Assembly (NCBI GenBank): GCA_963677485.1 | Contig: OY781964.1 | Coordinates: 2,944,001 to 3,008,000, forward strand | Source of the DNA: Armatimonadota bacterium | GTDB lineage: Bacteria > Armatimonadota > HRBIN16 | Reading direction: 5' to 3' | Length of the DNA stretch: 64,000 nucleotides | Shown here: one piece after another, positions 62,602 to 64,000 of the stretch | Numbering within the stretch: position 1 is the stretch's first letter | Layout of the letters: each line of letters begins with the position of its first letter | Made by a program: the position numbers and the translations under genes | The notes under the pieces: model-generated | Seen by the model: only the letters and a program-made list of their open reading frames with translations | What the model was told of the DNA's origin: nothing | Database searches by the model: none

Positions 62602-64000
62602 ATGGCTGATCAGAATACCAATGTGAGCTTTACCACAAACCTAGATGGCTGGCATGGCCTGAATGGCACTTGGAGCGTTGATGGTGGCGGCTATCGCGGC
62701 TCTGGCGGCGGTGACAACTGGGCGATCTGCGACAAGAAGCTTAGCGGTTACATTGCCTTTGTCTACGAGGCGGACGTGCAGATAGCGAAAGATCAGTTCG
62801 CCGCCGGTGTGATATTCGGCGTGCAAGACCCGACCAACGCGTCTGGCCGTCCTGCCAGATGGTATTGCATGAACGTGGTGCCCAAGTCGAATGTCACCAA
62901 TGTATTTACCCAGCTCCACGGCGCTACGGAATGGAATGAGAGCCGGGCGCTGACCGAAACGGAGCGACAGACTGACCGCTATCATTTCCGCATCGAGCAC
63001 CTGGGCAACAGACAAGCTAATTTCTACCTGAACGGGACACTGGTGGTCAGCCGAGAGCTGCCGAACTACGCCGGTGGGTATTTCGGCTTAATGATATATG
63101 AAGCCAGCGCGAGCTTTACCAATGTAAATGCCATGGTGGTCACCCCGCCTAAACTGAACGGGCTGGAGCTGATCGGCGCGGAACTCGACAAGCCGTTTGA
63201 TCCCGCAGTTCATACCTATTGGGTCCATCTTCCCAACAAAGTGAAATCTGTGAAGCTCAAGGGTGTTGCGGTAGACGCATTTACACTGCAGGTTGATAAG
63301 CAGGATGTGCAGTGTGGACAACCCGCTGTGGTAGAGCTGGTAGATGGCCATAATCCGATAAGCGTGAAGGTTGGCGAACCGAAATCGGGGCTGTCTGATA
63401 CCTATACTATAAATATTGTGCGTGAACCAGATCCAAAAAAAGTGTATCGCGAAGCCAGCCGGCCACAGTTGCATTTCACCCCCTATATGTTTCAGATGAA
63501 TGACCCCAACGGGCTGGTCTACAATGAAGCGACCAAAGAGTATCACCTATACTTCCAGTGCAACCGGCCGTTTGACACCGGTCTATCGGGGCTGCCCGGA
63601 TCCGGCACCACGAGCTGGGGCCATGCGGTATCGAAAGACCTGATGAACTGGCAGGAGTGGCCGCTCGCGCTGACGCCAGATAAGTTGGGCACGATCTGGA
63701 GCGGTTCCTGCGTGGTGGACCGCGAAAACAGCTCGGGCTTTTTCGATGCCAGCACCCCTCCAGGGGCGCGGCTGGTGGCCTTTTATACCAATGCTGGCGG
63801 TGACATGGCATACGGATTTGGCAAGGAGAGCATGGCCTACTCGAAGGACGGCGGGTACACATGGACCAAATACCCAGGAAATCCTGTGGTGCGAAACCCG
63901 GGGGATATCTACGGCGGTGGTCTGCGCGATCCAAAGGTGATCTGGTATGCTGACCCGTCGATGCCCGGAGGCGGCATCTGGGTGATGGTGACCGCGATCG
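62602..64000 (+). CDS. GH32 levanase/fructosidase with N-terminal beta-sandwich domains (runs off the window; absent from the ORF track)
   Basis: My translation from ATG 62602 gives RPQLHFTP, QMNDPNGLVY, WGHAVSKDL, IWSGS and LRDPKV in one frame. Confidence 0.9.
   Translation, partial: MADQNTNVSFTTNLDGWHGLNGTWSVDGGGYRGSGGGDNWAICDKKLSGYIAFVYEADVQIAKDQFAAGVIFGVQDPTNASGRPARWYCMNVVPKSNVTNVFTQLHGATEWNESRALTETERQTDRYHFRIEHLGNRQANFYLNGTLVVSRELPNYAGGYFGLMIYEASASFTNVNAMVVTPPKLNGLELIGAELDKPFDPAVHTYWVHLPNKVKSVKLKGVAVDAFTLQVDKQDVQCGQPAVVELVDGHNPISVKVGEPKSGLSDTYTINIVREPDPKKVYREASRPQLHFTPYMFQMNDPNGLVYNEATKEYHLYFQCNRPFDTGLSGLPGSGTTSWGHAVSKDLMNWQEWPLALTPDKLGTIWSGSCVVDRENSSGFFDASTPPGARLVAFYTNAGGDMAYGFGKESMAYSKDGGYTWTKYPGNPVVRNPGDIYGGGLRDPKVIWYADPSMPGGGIWVMVTAI

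Noticed and set aside
62641-63940. Minus-strand and short ORFs at the window end
   Set aside because: Shadows of the plus-strand GH32 gene, which the track missed because its stop lies outside the window

Overview
Bacterial chromosomal window, probably Armatimonadota (inferred from 16S features, a PEP-CTERM protein and a dockerin-like C-terminus; not database-checked). The backbone is rich in carbohydrate-active enzymes (GH1, GH101-like, DUF4091, GH5-like, GH78, GH3, GH32). It also carries housekeeping genes (proA, prfC, cobB), tRNA-Glu and a complete rrn operon (16S, tRNA-Ile, tRNA-Ala, 23S, 5S). Four things stand out. (1) An AT-rich, tightly coupled four-gene cassette (about 4.0-11.4 kb) encodes a NurA-like nuclease, a HerA ATPase, a MORC/GHKL ATPase and a radical SAM enzyme; it is a candidate undescribed defence or DNA-modification system. 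(2) A 1,656-bp element splits that GHKL gene at a TTAG. It has no terminal inverted repeats, has a terminal hairpin, and encodes a protein with Rep_trans-like rolling-circle initiator motifs plus a wHTH rather than DDE or HUH motifs. Removing it restores a 511-aa ORF. (3) A cobalamin riboswitch precedes a PEP-CTERM propeller-like protein and a BtuH-like dockerin protein. (4) An IS200-like TnpA is flanked by GTAG-type REPs, and several REP/MITE families fill the intergenic space.
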